From IMG/VR virus record IMGVR_UViG_3300021376_000006: a stretch of DNA of 64,000 nt; one strand, written 5' to 3'. The stretch's first letter is position 1, and every line of letters starts with the position of its first letter. Made by a program: the position numbers and the translations under genes. A model generated the notes under the pieces. The model saw only the letters and a program-made list of their open reading frames with translations. It did not search any database and was not told the origin of the DNA. Of the stretch, positions 1-8,712 are shown in pieces. The DNA comes from a virus (taxonomy: Duplodnaviria; Caudoviricetes).

Positions 1-603
1 GCCACCACCAGATCCACCAACACCATATGGTGGTCCACCTGATCCACCTCCACCACTTGACACACCACCAATAACTACTATGGTATTACCCATGCCGTTG
101 CCATGTACTGTACAAAAATATCTTAAACTGCTTGGAGTGTTATACCGTATATCGATCACTGTTTGTGCGCCAATTTGCCCGGGAGTACCTGATGTCTTCA
201 CACCTGTTTCGTAAAGAGATCCGTCATCGGTTTTAAACTTTAGTGGATGACCAGTATTAGTTGCATCACTTTGGTTAAATATATAATAGCCGTTAAGAAC
301 AAAACTAAGAATTGGTTTGTTCACTCCGTCTATTGCATATATATGGCCACTGCCGGTGGGATTTGGCACACTGGTCACAATAAACGTTTGCGAAATTCTA
401 GACGAGACGCCGCCAACCGTATCCCGTGCTACACGTTGATTGCTAGGAACCCGAGGTAGTCTTGTTCCTAAATGACTAATGCCGCTTGAAGCCAAATATT
501 CTTGTTGTGTGGTCAAATTTTTATTTACAAGATCAGTTGACAATTGATTAGTACCTGTACCAAACAGTGTATCAGTGAAAAGTTTACTGTTAGATTGTAT
601 CAT
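1..603 (-). CDS. Partial structural protein with cupredoxin-like domain and Gly-rich segment (runs off left edge, absent from ORF track)
   Basis: Manual translation from the ATG at 603 (ATGA overlap with the stop of 600..2234) is open to position 1: MIQSNSKLF...GHPLKFKTD...LRYFCTVHGNGMGNTIVVIGGVSSGGGGSGG. Confidence 0.8.
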   Translation of the reverse strand, partial: MIQSNSKLFTDTLFGTGTNQLSTDLVNKNLTTQQEYLASSGISHLGTRLPRVPSNQRVARDTVGGVSSRISQTFIVTSVPNPTGSGHIYAIDGVNKPILSFVLNGYYIFNQSDATNTGHPLKFKTDDGSLYETGVKTSGTPGQIGAQTVIDIRYNTPSSLRYFCTVHGNGMGNTIVVIGGVSSGGGGSGGPPYGVGGSGGG

Positions 604-2234
604 GTTGATTGTAGTGCATTAGTTGAACTATTACCAAGATAACCGCTTAGGGTCGGTGCTTTAAAAAAATCTGATGTTAAATTATTAGCTGTTTGCTCAC
701 CAGCAGGAAACTGAAATTTAGCCAATGGTGTTTTAGCCAACGAATTTACCTGTTGCACCAGTGTATTTGTACCAGTCTGAAACGTTGTAAGTGTATTTTG
801 GAACTCAGGGCCCTTGAAGAAAGATTTCGCTTTTCCAAACCCTTCCTGTAGTGCCTGAGTTGTTTCAGCACTTGCCAAAGACTTAGTTCTTTCATTAAAA
901 CCATCTACTACCGATTGCCAGCTGTTTGTTGAAATCAGATTAGAAGTGCTTGCCACTAAATTATCACCTGCTTCTTTTGCCACGTTAACTACCTTGTTGA
1001 GATCAGCACCCTGTATTATCCCTTGAGCATCTGCAAACACGCCCGAAATTCCTGCGCCAATTCCCACTGTTGGAATATTGTTTAGAGCTTTTTTTATGCC
1101 ACCTGTAATTTCAGCCACTTTGCCTGTGATGTTTAATCCGTTACTGGCAACACTCCCTGGTGCTGCTGTGGTATTCAATGGTAGCGCAGATTCAAATGCC
1201 GGGCCTTGATTGGCACCTCGATAAGGTACAAAAGTCTGATTAAATGCTGCACCAAAATTTACCTGACCAGTACTAGAACTACTTCGTAAGATATTTGTAA
1301 ATGCCTGTGTAAGTTCGCCTTTTGCCAAGTTCATTAAATCAACATTTTTGTTTTTTTCATAACCACGAATTAACTTGAATGCCGCGCCACCCCAGTTATT
1401 ACCATATCCATCTTGAATCACGTCGTCTAAGACATTTACAATACCGCCGGGGCCTAAAATACTATTGGTGCCACCACCTGCTGGTGTTAACGGGCTTGGC
1501 GATTTGTCATATAAAAGATCAGCAAATCCTTTTGCTATTGTGGTTCTGCCGGTAGCATACAAAACAGTTTCGTACGAAATAGTCATAATATTTTCCAAAG
1601 TACCTTCTTGACCATTTTGATGTGTTCCATGAGTGAATCCAGTTATGACAGGATTTATAATTGTATATTCTGAGAATCTTTTTTGATGCAAACTGTATAT
1701 TCTTATGGCCCGTATATAATTATTGGTTCTGTCTCCTATTTTTGGACCGTAACCAAATTTGTTTAACAGTGCTCTACGCCCAGTCTGTTGTTTGTTCGGC
1801 TCAAAGTAGACAGGATTAAGATTGCCTGTTGCATCACCGTAATTGTTGTCAGCATCCCTATAATAATACGAATAATAATCAAACCATAATTTTCTAATTA
1901 TGTCGGCTGAATCGTCATGAAAGCTTATATTAATATCTTCATAACGAACCTTGGTTTGAATAATAGAAGGTCTATTATAGTTGTTATAGGTTTTGGAATC
2001 TATCTTGAATCTTGGTAAGTCTGCACTTTTTACTAGCATGCCAGAAACAATTTGACTGTCAGTGGCCAAACTAGTAAATTGTTCATTCAACTCAAAAAAT
2101 ACATGAAACAGCCAGGTATACTTGGGTGATCTTTCAAAATTATTATCAACAAATAGTCTAGCAGCGTGTTGATAATCTTTTACATTGTCACCGCGCTTGA
2201 TCTGACTCAAGAAACCATCAAAGATATTAGGCAT
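600..2234 (-). CDS. Tail-tube-fold protein (gp19/gp48/gp54-like N-terminal domain) with long C-terminal extension
   Basis: N-terminal VKSADLPRFKID...YEDINISFHDD resembles tube-family strands; lies next to tube and sheath genes; late promoter upstream. Confidence 0.6.
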   Translation of the reverse strand: MPNIFDGFLSQIKRGDNVKDYQHAARLFVDNNFERSPKYTWLFHVFFELNEQFTSLATDSQIVSGMLVKSADLPRFKIDSKTYNNYNRPSIIQTKVRYEDINISFHDDSADIIRKLWFDYYSYYYRDADNNYGDATGNLNPVYFEPNKQQTGRRALLNKFGYGPKIGDRTNNYIRAIRIYSLHQKRFSEYTIINPVITGFTHGTHQNGQEGTLENIMTISYETVLYATGRTTIAKGFADLLYDKSPSPLTPAGGGTNSILGPGGIVNVLDDVIQDGYGNNWGGAAFKLIRGYEKNKNVDLMNLAKGELTQAFTNILRSSSSTGQVNFGAAFNQTFVPYRGANQGPAFESALPLNTTAAPGSVASNGLNITGKVAEITGGIKKALNNIPTVGIGAGISGVFADAQGIIQGADLNKVVNVAKEAGDNLVASTSNLISTNSWQSVVDGFNERTKSLASAETTQALQEGFGKAKSFFKGPEFQNTLTTFQTGTNTLVQQVNSLAKTPLAKFQFPAGEQTANNLTSDFFKAPTLSGYLGNSSTNALQST

Positions 2235-2251
2235 AGGTATCCATTTTTAAT

Positions 2252-2258
2252 TATTTAT
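2252..2258 (-). promoter_or_regulatory. T4-type late promoter ATAAATA
   Basis: Motif 18 nt upstream of the ATG at 2234. Confidence 0.65.
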
Positions 2259-2261
2259 GTC

Positions 2262-2286
2262 AAAAAAAAGCCCGGAAATTCCGGGC
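2262..2286 (-). terminator. Rho-independent terminator after tail tube gene
   Basis: GCCCGG-AATTT-CCGGGC stem followed by T8 on the minus strand. Confidence 0.8.
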
Positions 2287-2306
2287 CTTGTATTTAAGCT
2301 TTGAAC

Positions 2307-2930
2307 TTAAACAACACCAGTTATGGTTGCACCCAGTGTTCGTCCTACCAAAGTACCAATACCAGTACCAGTTGGACTTTGTATAGCATTGTCATACATG
2401 ATACTTAACTGAATAGTAGCTGGTGCGCTTTCACCATATGCCATGTCACCGTAATTTACAGTGCTTAGTAGAGCGCCATACAGCTCCCAAGTTTCTAAAA
2501 CAGTAGGTTGATTAACACCATTACCACCATCCAACATTTCAAACTTGAGAACAAATTTGTAATCAATACCCGACGCTGCTGAACTTTGTTCTGCAAAATC
2601 AAACTGTTTCTGAATCTGTTCACCAACCAGCTTACTGACGTTGCCGCCGGCGTCATCTCTCAATGTAACGTTAACTGCTTCCCAAGTTGGCTTTCCTACT
2701 AGGTTTACCTTTGAGTTGTAAACATCAATGGTAAACGGATTCATATTCAAATTGGGACGGCTGATACTTTCGACCTGTTTAGTCATTTCAACTCTATCAG
2801 TGCTGACACCAAAATTTTCAAATACCGCCCGGAAGCGATATTTTAATTTTGGCATCAATAAACCTTGTGTGCTGGCACTTTGATTTGTTGCTAAAGGAAC
2901 TGTAAATTTGTTTAGTGAGGCAATTGCCAT
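2307..2930 (-). CDS. gp19: Tail tube protein
   Basis: 207 aa, directly downstream of the sheath; PKLKYRFR, TWEAVNVTLRDD and TIQLSIMYDNA motifs typical of the T4 gp19 family. Confidence 0.85.
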   Translation of the reverse strand: MAIASLNKFTVPLATNQSASTQGLLMPKLKYRFRAVFENFGVSTDRVEMTKQVESISRPNLNMNPFTIDVYNSKVNLVGKPTWEAVNVTLRDDAGGNVSKLVGEQIQKQFDFAEQSSAASGIDYKFVLKFEMLDGGNGVNQPTVLETWELYGALLSTVNYGDMAYGESAPATIQLSIMYDNAIQSPTGTGIGTLVGRTLGATITGVV

Positions 2931-3009
2931 TTTTATCTCCTGTTATAGGTATTTACCAAAAATTAGTTGGAATCTATTGGGGCCACCCGGACCCCAATAT
3001 ATACCCATA

Positions 3010-6000
3010 TTATACTCCTGCTGCAATGTCACCTGGGTTCTTAAGTCGAATTGGAATGTAAATAAATTCAACTGCTTTCATTGGTTCAATTGCGATATCA
3101 ACATATAATTCATTTCTTGCTATACGAGTAGGTGTATTATTTGTATCATCACACACAACAATATAATCGTATACACCACGCTTGGCTACCAAGTCATTGA
3201 TGGCACCACTGATTATGTTGGCAATCTGATCCCTGGTGATCTTGTCATTTGGTTCAAACAAAAATCCATCGCCTACTCGAGCCAAGATAGTTCTCAAGTA
3301 GTTGACCAAACGTGCAACATTGATACGATCCAAGCTGCTGGCGGTTGGGTTACGTGTTTTTTGTCCAAATACCACTAGACCAATACCCGGCAAGTTGGTG
3401 ATAGGATTGATACGATTTTCGTACAATGTGTCTCGCAGTCCTTGGCGAATGCCATCAAATGTAAACTCGCCGGTTGCAGCATCAATATATCCAATGTTAC
3501 TTGCGTTATCAACTAGTCCACGTCGTGTGCCTGCTGGTGCAAACCACTGATAACTAACATTATCACTAAAGATAATTGTTCGTAGTGCCATATGACTTGC
3601 AGGTACTACAATGCTATTGCCTTGTAAATCAGATGTTTGACCACATGGATAGTAAACTCCTAAAAAAGGACTGGCAGTAGCCAAACCATCACCATTAGTG
3701 TTGTTACTGAAGTTAGCAATATCAATTGCATTTGGTTCAAGACGCATTGGTGTATCACCTACCACAAAAGCAGTTTGTGAACGATCATTGTTTAACGCAA
3801 CCATTTCATCAATTAGCTCAGGATATCCTGGTGCTGCAATCAGATTAAACTGAAACTGATCTTCGCGCACTTCCGTATTGGCGATCACTGCTGCTTGCAT
3901 TGCCGCAGTTACCATACGACGCTGTGCCTGTCTACCCATGTAAGGACTACCGTTGTCTTTCAATCCACTTGCTGTTTGCCATGTGTCCTTGACTGTAGGC
4001 AATGAACTTGATGCACCTGGCACCGCTGGTAGGTCAGGATATGATGCAGCATAAAACTTGTTGCTTATAAATTGTTTTACATTAAAACCACTGCGTCTTG
4101 TATTAAACAGCAACATACCACGTGGATACAGCCTATAGTCAGGTGCGTCTTGGTCAATATAATTGCTTGCTAGCAAGTCTGTAATAGATGGTAACGACCC
4201 AGTGATAACATCAGTTGTGCCATCGGTATCCCACCGTGCATCAGCAAACAAAATACCATTTTGCCCAACTTGATCTGTGTTATCAATCAAGATCCATTCT
4301 GCTCCATCATAACGATAAATGACAGGATAATTTTCTAAATCTGCTGTATTTAACCATAAATCACCAGCTACCAATGCAGTTACACCGTCGCTTTGAAACT
4401 CTGGTTCGCTGGCGCTGACAATAACGCCTTCAGAATCTGTGTTTGCTAGTGCATAACCTCTGGCATCTGTTTTATCGGTCCAATAGCTATTACGATAGCC
4501 TTTCCATCCTCCGATATCATTGATCATAATATCTACACTAGCCGGATCACTATAGTACCATAGTGTACCGTCGGCAGGTGCCTGATAAGGTTCTGTTGTA
4601 CTATAAGTATAGGTCAGCGATTCCCAATTAGTTAACGCCAATGTAGTACCGTATGCAATTGTTCCAGTAGTGTTGCTTGTAAATCCAGCATCAGCAGTAG
4701 GAGTTCCAGTATCATCTGTCAAATAGATATCACCGCCATAAATGTGGGTAAATGTAATCACCCCGTTTGTAACACTGACATTCAATTCTGGAATATTTTC
4801 AGCTAAAATATCACTAACAAAACTTGCTGGTGTAGTACCAGACAATGTAATTGTGTATTCGTTAATATTTGCTGACCCAATTTCTGTAACACCAATCACA
4901 ATAACATCTGACGCAGTAAACGGATTGGCAGCCAGAGCAGATCCACTCACAACAGTTTGACCAGTTACTCTACGACGGAATGGTTTGAATGCGTCCGAAT
5001 CATCTCTAAGAGGATCCCATGCAATCCACACTGTTCCTGCCACTATGCCATTACCGCCACCTGCTGGGTCAATACCAAATAATGCATCTTCGGCTCTATT
5101 ATAGAACTCAGTGGCTAATGTAGCAAAAGTTTCAGTGGTGCTGCTGTAACGTTTAATAACAACATCTGCACCACTACCAGTTGCTCCAACTTTCATAAAC
5201 ACACTGCCACTTGGTCGAGGTACCGTGTCTGTGCTACGCCAACTTGGAATCTCAGCAAAAGTACCAAAGTACAACAAAGGATTTGCATATGTGCTACCAC
5301 TTGTGCCTAATCCTAGGCTGGCCATTGGAGTACCAGAAGCATTGGATATTGTGATCTTACCATCGGCTGTAGCGCCATCGCTGGCAGAAGTATCTGTAGC
5401 ATAAATTTCCAATCTTGAATCAATATATGCCGCGGTTACACCAGTAATGGCTGCACTGTTAATTGCACTTACAACTTGAGCAATAGTTCTTGCCGATCCG
5501 GTGTTACCAACTGTTACGCTGGTTCCATTGATTGTCAATGCAGCCGCAGGGCTACTAGCATCTATTGCAGTTGTTGCACTTGTGGCAAATGTAACTGAAC
5601 CTCTGATAGTAGCCCAACTGTTTTTCCAGTCGCTGGTACCAATTCTCACCCAAGTGTTGCTTCTATTTTTGTAAAAAAGAATTGCATTGCTGCCTGTACC
5701 AAAACTTACAGCGTAACTACCAATTTGTCCTATATCGCTGTCAGGTACAAAAATGCCACCACTTAGTGTCTGGTCGTCTGTGTTCGTAACAAGAATAGGT
5801 GTTTTTAAATTAAATTCGCTGGTAATAGCATCCCATTCATTTATGCCCCACACACTTTCTGTCAAATCCATCCAGTGTGTGCCATCTGCAACAGCACCAG
5901 TAGGGCGAACAGTTGTGCCTTCTAGCGCATCTAAATCTACATCTGCTCTAATAGCAAAAATTCTATTTACGTTGCCTAAAATACTGTAAGCTGTCATCAA

Positions 6001-6276
6001 GCCGTATTCGTTACGTTCGTCGCCGTGCAACGGAGTTCCCGCTGCGCTTTGTTTAAAGCTAGGATATCCCATGCTAGCAATTAATTCTCTTTGACTACTG
6101 TATGTAAGTAGCTTGCCTGCTCGAGCAGCGGTAGTGTCAGTGGCAGAACCACCTGATGGATTGGTTTTATCCTGTGCAGTTGCCATTATGATTAGGGGTA
6201 CTGTTCCTACTGCGCCAGGAACATATTGACTTTCGTCGGTTACGGTTATTTCTAAACCTGGGGATACTAGTGCCAT
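3010..6276 (-). CDS. gp18: Tail sheath protein with large insertions
   Basis: MALVSPGLEITVTDESQY N-terminus; C-terminal WFAPAGTRRG, INPI, GQKT, LDRINVARL, FLFEPND and EFIYIPI sheath motifs; start at 6276 has an AAGGA SD. Confidence 0.92.
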   Translation of the reverse strand: MALVSPGLEITVTDESQYVPGAVGTVPLIIMATAQDKTNPSGGSATDTTAARAGKLLTYSSQRELIASMGYPSFKQSAAGTPLHGDERNEYGLMTAYSILGNVNRIFAIRADVDLDALEGTTVRPTGAVADGTHWMDLTESVWGINEWDAITSEFNLKTPILVTNTDDQTLSGGIFVPDSDIGQIGSYAVSFGTGSNAILFYKNRSNTWVRIGTSDWKNSWATIRGSVTFATSATTAIDASSPAAALTINGTSVTVGNTGSARTIAQVVSAINSAAITGVTAAYIDSRLEIYATDTSASDGATADGKITISNASGTPMASLGLGTSGSTYANPLLYFGTFAEIPSWRSTDTVPRPSGSVFMKVGATGSGADVVIKRYSSTTETFATLATEFYNRAEDALFGIDPAGGGNGIVAGTVWIAWDPLRDDSDAFKPFRRRVTGQTVVSGSALAANPFTASDVIVIGVTEIGSANINEYTITLSGTTPASFVSDILAENIPELNVSVTNGVITFTHIYGGDIYLTDDTGTPTADAGFTSNTTGTIAYGTTLALTNWESLTYTYSTTEPYQAPADGTLWYYSDPASVDIMINDIGGWKGYRNSYWTDKTDARGYALANTDSEGVIVSASEPEFQSDGVTALVAGDLWLNTADLENYPVIYRYDGAEWILIDNTDQVGQNGILFADARWDTDGTTDVITGSLPSITDLLASNYIDQDAPDYRLYPRGMLLFNTRRSGFNVKQFISNKFYAASYPDLPAVPGASSSLPTVKDTWQTASGLKDNGSPYMGRQAQRRMVTAAMQAAVIANTEVREDQFQFNLIAAPGYPELIDEMVALNNDRSQTAFVVGDTPMRLEPNAIDIANFSNNTNGDGLATASPFLGVYYPCGQTSDLQGNSIVVPASHMALRTIIFSDNVSYQWFAPAGTRRGLVDNASNIGYIDAATGEFTFDGIRQGLRDTLYENRINPITNLPGIGLVVFGQKTRNPTASSLDRINVARLVNYLRTILARVGDGFLFEPNDKITRDQIANIISGAINDLVAKRGVYDYIVVCDDTNNTPTRIARNELYVDIAIEPMKAVEFIYIPIRLKNPGDIAAGV

Positions 6277-6306
6277 GTTTTCATCCTTTAACAAAACATT
6301 TGCAAG

Positions 6307-6313
6307 TATTTAT
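6307..6313 (-). promoter_or_regulatory. Late promoter ATAAATA for sheath gene
   Basis: Motif about 30 nt upstream of the sheath ATG. Confidence 0.65.
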
Positions 6314-6363
6314 TAAAAGCTTATTATTTTGGGCAGATACAAGGTGCCTTTAAAAGGTTTTGC

Positions 6364-6371
6364 TATAAATA
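6364..6371 (+). promoter_or_regulatory. Late promoter TATAAATA
   Basis: Exact T4 late consensus 5 nt before the ATG at 6377. Confidence 0.7.
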
Positions 6372-6376
6372 ACTTT

Positions 6377-6721
6377 ATGCAAAGACCTTTATGTGCTAAA
6401 TGTCAAGGCAATCCTGCTGCGGTCAATTACAAATTGGGTGCAAAAACCTACTACAGAAAGACCTGTGCCAGCTGTGCCAGAAAAGGCCGCAGGGTGAAAG
6501 AAATGCCGGCTTGGACCAAAACTGGTTATAAGAAAAAAATGACGTGCGAACGATGCAATTTTGCAGCATCTACTCCGCATCAAATATTTGTGTTCTATAT
6601 TGACGGCAACTTGAAAAACAATACTTGGACTAACCTGCGGTGTGTCTGTGCCAACTGCAGAATAGAGTTAAATAACACAAAAACTACTTGGCGTGAAAGT
6701 GTGCTAGTAGCAGATAATTAA
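6377..6721 (+). CDS. Zn-finger protein with degenerate HNH fold
   Basis: Four CxxC pairs; VFYIDGNLKNN..NL..VCANCR matches the HNH pattern but lacks both His residues. Confidence 0.7.
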   Translation: MQRPLCAKCQGNPAAVNYKLGAKTYYRKTCASCARKGRRVKEMPAWTKTGYKKKMTCERCNFAASTPHQIFVFYIDGNLKNNTWTNLRCVCANCRIELNNTKTTWRESVLVADN

Positions 6722-7343
6722 CTTGTTGATACAAGTTTTCAACAGATCCGTTGTTGTCAATTTCGTAGTTGAAAGTTTGTCCTATCCAAGCCCACTCTGA
6801 GTGATGTACATGCGGAAATCGCTGCGGCATAAGCTGACCAGCATCCTCTAATAACCATTGACGATCTTCGTGTGTGGTATTTTCTTGAAGGGCACATTCG
6901 TACCATTCAGGTAACGATCCTCGGTTGACCAATACACATATTCCACCATGTTTTCTGATTGCAGCTATTTCGTTAGGAAAACGCACATCGCTAATGACTA
7001 TATCTTCTGTGGTTTTACGCAATCTATTCTCAAGACTTGCTATCCAAATATCATTATGAAATGCTCTGCGGCAAACTTCTGTACCCCATAGCTGAAGCAT
7101 ATATCTGGGTGTGAGTCGGGGCATATCTAATCGTCGCGCCCACCAAGGATCAACTTGTTCGCGCCATTCTCTTGCTTCAGGAGTAAGCCCTTCTAGTAGT
7201 TCTCTGTCCCACCCAAAAACTTGTGCCACTGCATCCTTGAGTGTCCCAGCAAAACTGTCTCTAACGAACCCATGCTTGGCAACCAAATAGTTAGCTACTG
7301 TATCTTTGCCGGATCCTATAAATCCTGTAATTCCAATAATCAT
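6684..7343 (-). CDS. gp1: Deoxynucleoside monophosphate kinase
   Basis: MIIGITGFIGSGKDT P-loop; FAGTLKD, TPRYMLQLWGTE, ISDVRFPNE and HHSEW motifs. Confidence 0.9.
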   Translation of the reverse strand: MIIGITGFIGSGKDTVANYLVAKHGFVRDSFAGTLKDAVAQVFGWDRELLEGLTPEAREWREQVDPWWARRLDMPRLTPRYMLQLWGTEVCRRAFHNDIWIASLENRLRKTTEDIVISDVRFPNEIAAIRKHGGICVLVNRGSLPEWYECALQENTTHEDRQWLLEDAGQLMPQRFPHVHHSEWAWIGQTFNYEIDNNGSVENLYQQVNYLLLAHFHAK

Positions 7344-7344
7344 A

Positions 7345-7393
7345 AAAAATGCCCCCTAAGGAGCATTTTATAATTTATGTTTACAAAAGTCAA
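7345..7393 (-). promoter_or_regulatory. Sigma70 promoter overlapping a hairpin that contains the dNMP kinase SD
   Basis: TTGACT (7393-7388), 17-nt spacer, TAAAAT (7370-7365); stem AAAATGCTCC-TTAG-GGGGCATTTT followed by TT and ATG. Confidence 0.65.
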
Positions 7394-7764
7394 ACACCGT
7401 ATTTGTTCGTTTTCTTGCAGGCAACCGGGCTGGATTTGTTAATAGTTGGTCCTTCTTGACTACGTATATCTCCGCCATTGATATCTTCATAATTGGCATG
7501 TACTTTTTTGTAGGCCAGCTTGAGCATGTCCTGTTCTTCTTTAGTGTATGGTGCTGTAGCTTTCCACTTGCCTATCCACGATTCCTCGTCAACTTGGGGC
7601 ATGATTTTACCGTCTGTGGCTGCCAATGCTAGGCCTAATCTGTACAAGGTGTAATCACTGTTCCATTTCTTGCCGTCAGTAAATCTATTTAAACCACGCA
7701 TGGCAAATCTTTGACGTTTTTTTAATTCGCCTTTGGATTCTGCAATAATGTCTCGTATTTTCAT
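7390..7764 (-). CDS. Hypothetical protein, candidate internal head protein
   Basis: Start MKIRDIIAES at 7764 overlaps the gp13 stop (TGATG); N-terminus resembles the T4 capsid-targeting sequence. Confidence 0.55.
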   Translation of the reverse strand: MKIRDIIAESKGELKKRQRFAMRGLNRFTDGKKWNSDYTLYRLGLALAATDGKIMPQVDEESWIGKWKATAPYTKEEQDMLKLAYKKVHANYEDINGGDIRSQEGPTINKSSPVACKKTNKYGV

Positions 7765-8684
7765 CAGCCGATCACCCATGTCATTGGATAGGATCCATCC
7801 ACATAATCTTTTAGTTCTTGTTCTAATTTTTCCATTTCGGCCACTGCTTCACCTTTAAGGGTCGCGCCGTTTAACTGCGTACCGCCTTGAGGGCCGGCAA
7901 TCGAAGCAAATTTTTCTCTAGCTTCGCCAACAATGCGCTTGGCAAAGCTGTAAGCATATTCTTGTATCCACGGAAAAGCTTGGTAGTCATTTAGTAACAT
8001 GCTGTCAGGCTTGTAATTGTACAAATGCAGTAATACATCTTCGAACCCATTTGGGTCAGCATTTACACCTGCAAACGGTATCTTACGAATAAGAGTTAAT
8101 TTTTTTGTGGTTTTGTTGAATGTAAAATTCAAATAACCGCCAAACATACGCATGGCTAATTTTTGATAATCAACAAATAATTCGTAATTTAACAATCCGC
8201 CCACACGTCCTGCTACCAGCATGTATGTATTAAGGTAACCGCTAGCAAACGGTTCAAATTGACTAGCGGTGGTACCTGATACTGATCCAATACCCCTACG
8301 ATATGCAGCACGAACTTCCATGACTACATCAGGTAGTATGATTTCTTGTGTTTCTGGAAACAGTTTTAGAAATGCGTAACTTTCTTCTTGACTGTTGCTG
8401 GCACGTTGGCGGTACTTGATTAACGCCTGATTGATAGCCATTTCATAATGCTCTTTATCTAACTCAACATCAACAATGCCGTCGCCTAGACGCATGCGTA
8501 TGTAATCAGTGATGTCGGATCGACGCTTGTTAAGACTGTCTAGCCACTGAGCATTTTCGTCGTATTCAATATGTCCAGTACCGGACCCGGTATTGGCCTG
8601 ATAGAGGCTGTCAGTTTTAAGATTACCGTTGGCATGAAAATAGGTAGTATCAGCTACAATATTGCCAGTAAAGGGATTTGACAT
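7764..8684 (-). CDS. gp13: Neck protein (head-tail adaptor)
   Basis: YIRMRLGDGIVDVELDKEHYE, WIQEYAYSFAK..GEAREKF and QLNGATLKGEA motifs. Confidence 0.8.
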   Translation of the reverse strand: MSNPFTGNIVADTTYFHANGNLKTDSLYQANTGSGTGHIEYDENAQWLDSLNKRRSDITDYIRMRLGDGIVDVELDKEHYEMAINQALIKYRQRASNSQEESYAFLKLFPETQEIILPDVVMEVRAAYRRGIGSVSGTTASQFEPFASGYLNTYMLVAGRVGGLLNYELFVDYQKLAMRMFGGYLNFTFNKTTKKLTLIRKIPFAGVNADPNGFEDVLLHLYNYKPDSMLLNDYQAFPWIQEYAYSFAKRIVGEAREKFASIAGPQGGTQLNGATLKGEAVAEMEKLEQELKDYVDGSYPMTWVIG

Positions 8685-8705
8685 CTATTATTCCTGTAGT
8701 TCATG

Positions 8706-8712
8706 TATTTAT
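8706..8712 (-). promoter_or_regulatory. Late promoter ATAAATA for gp13
   Basis: Motif 22 nt upstream of the ATG at 8684. Confidence 0.6.

Noticed and set aside
247-459. 70-aa plus-strand ORF
   Set aside because: It is antisense to the better-supported minus-strand ORF 1..603, which has recognisable motifs.
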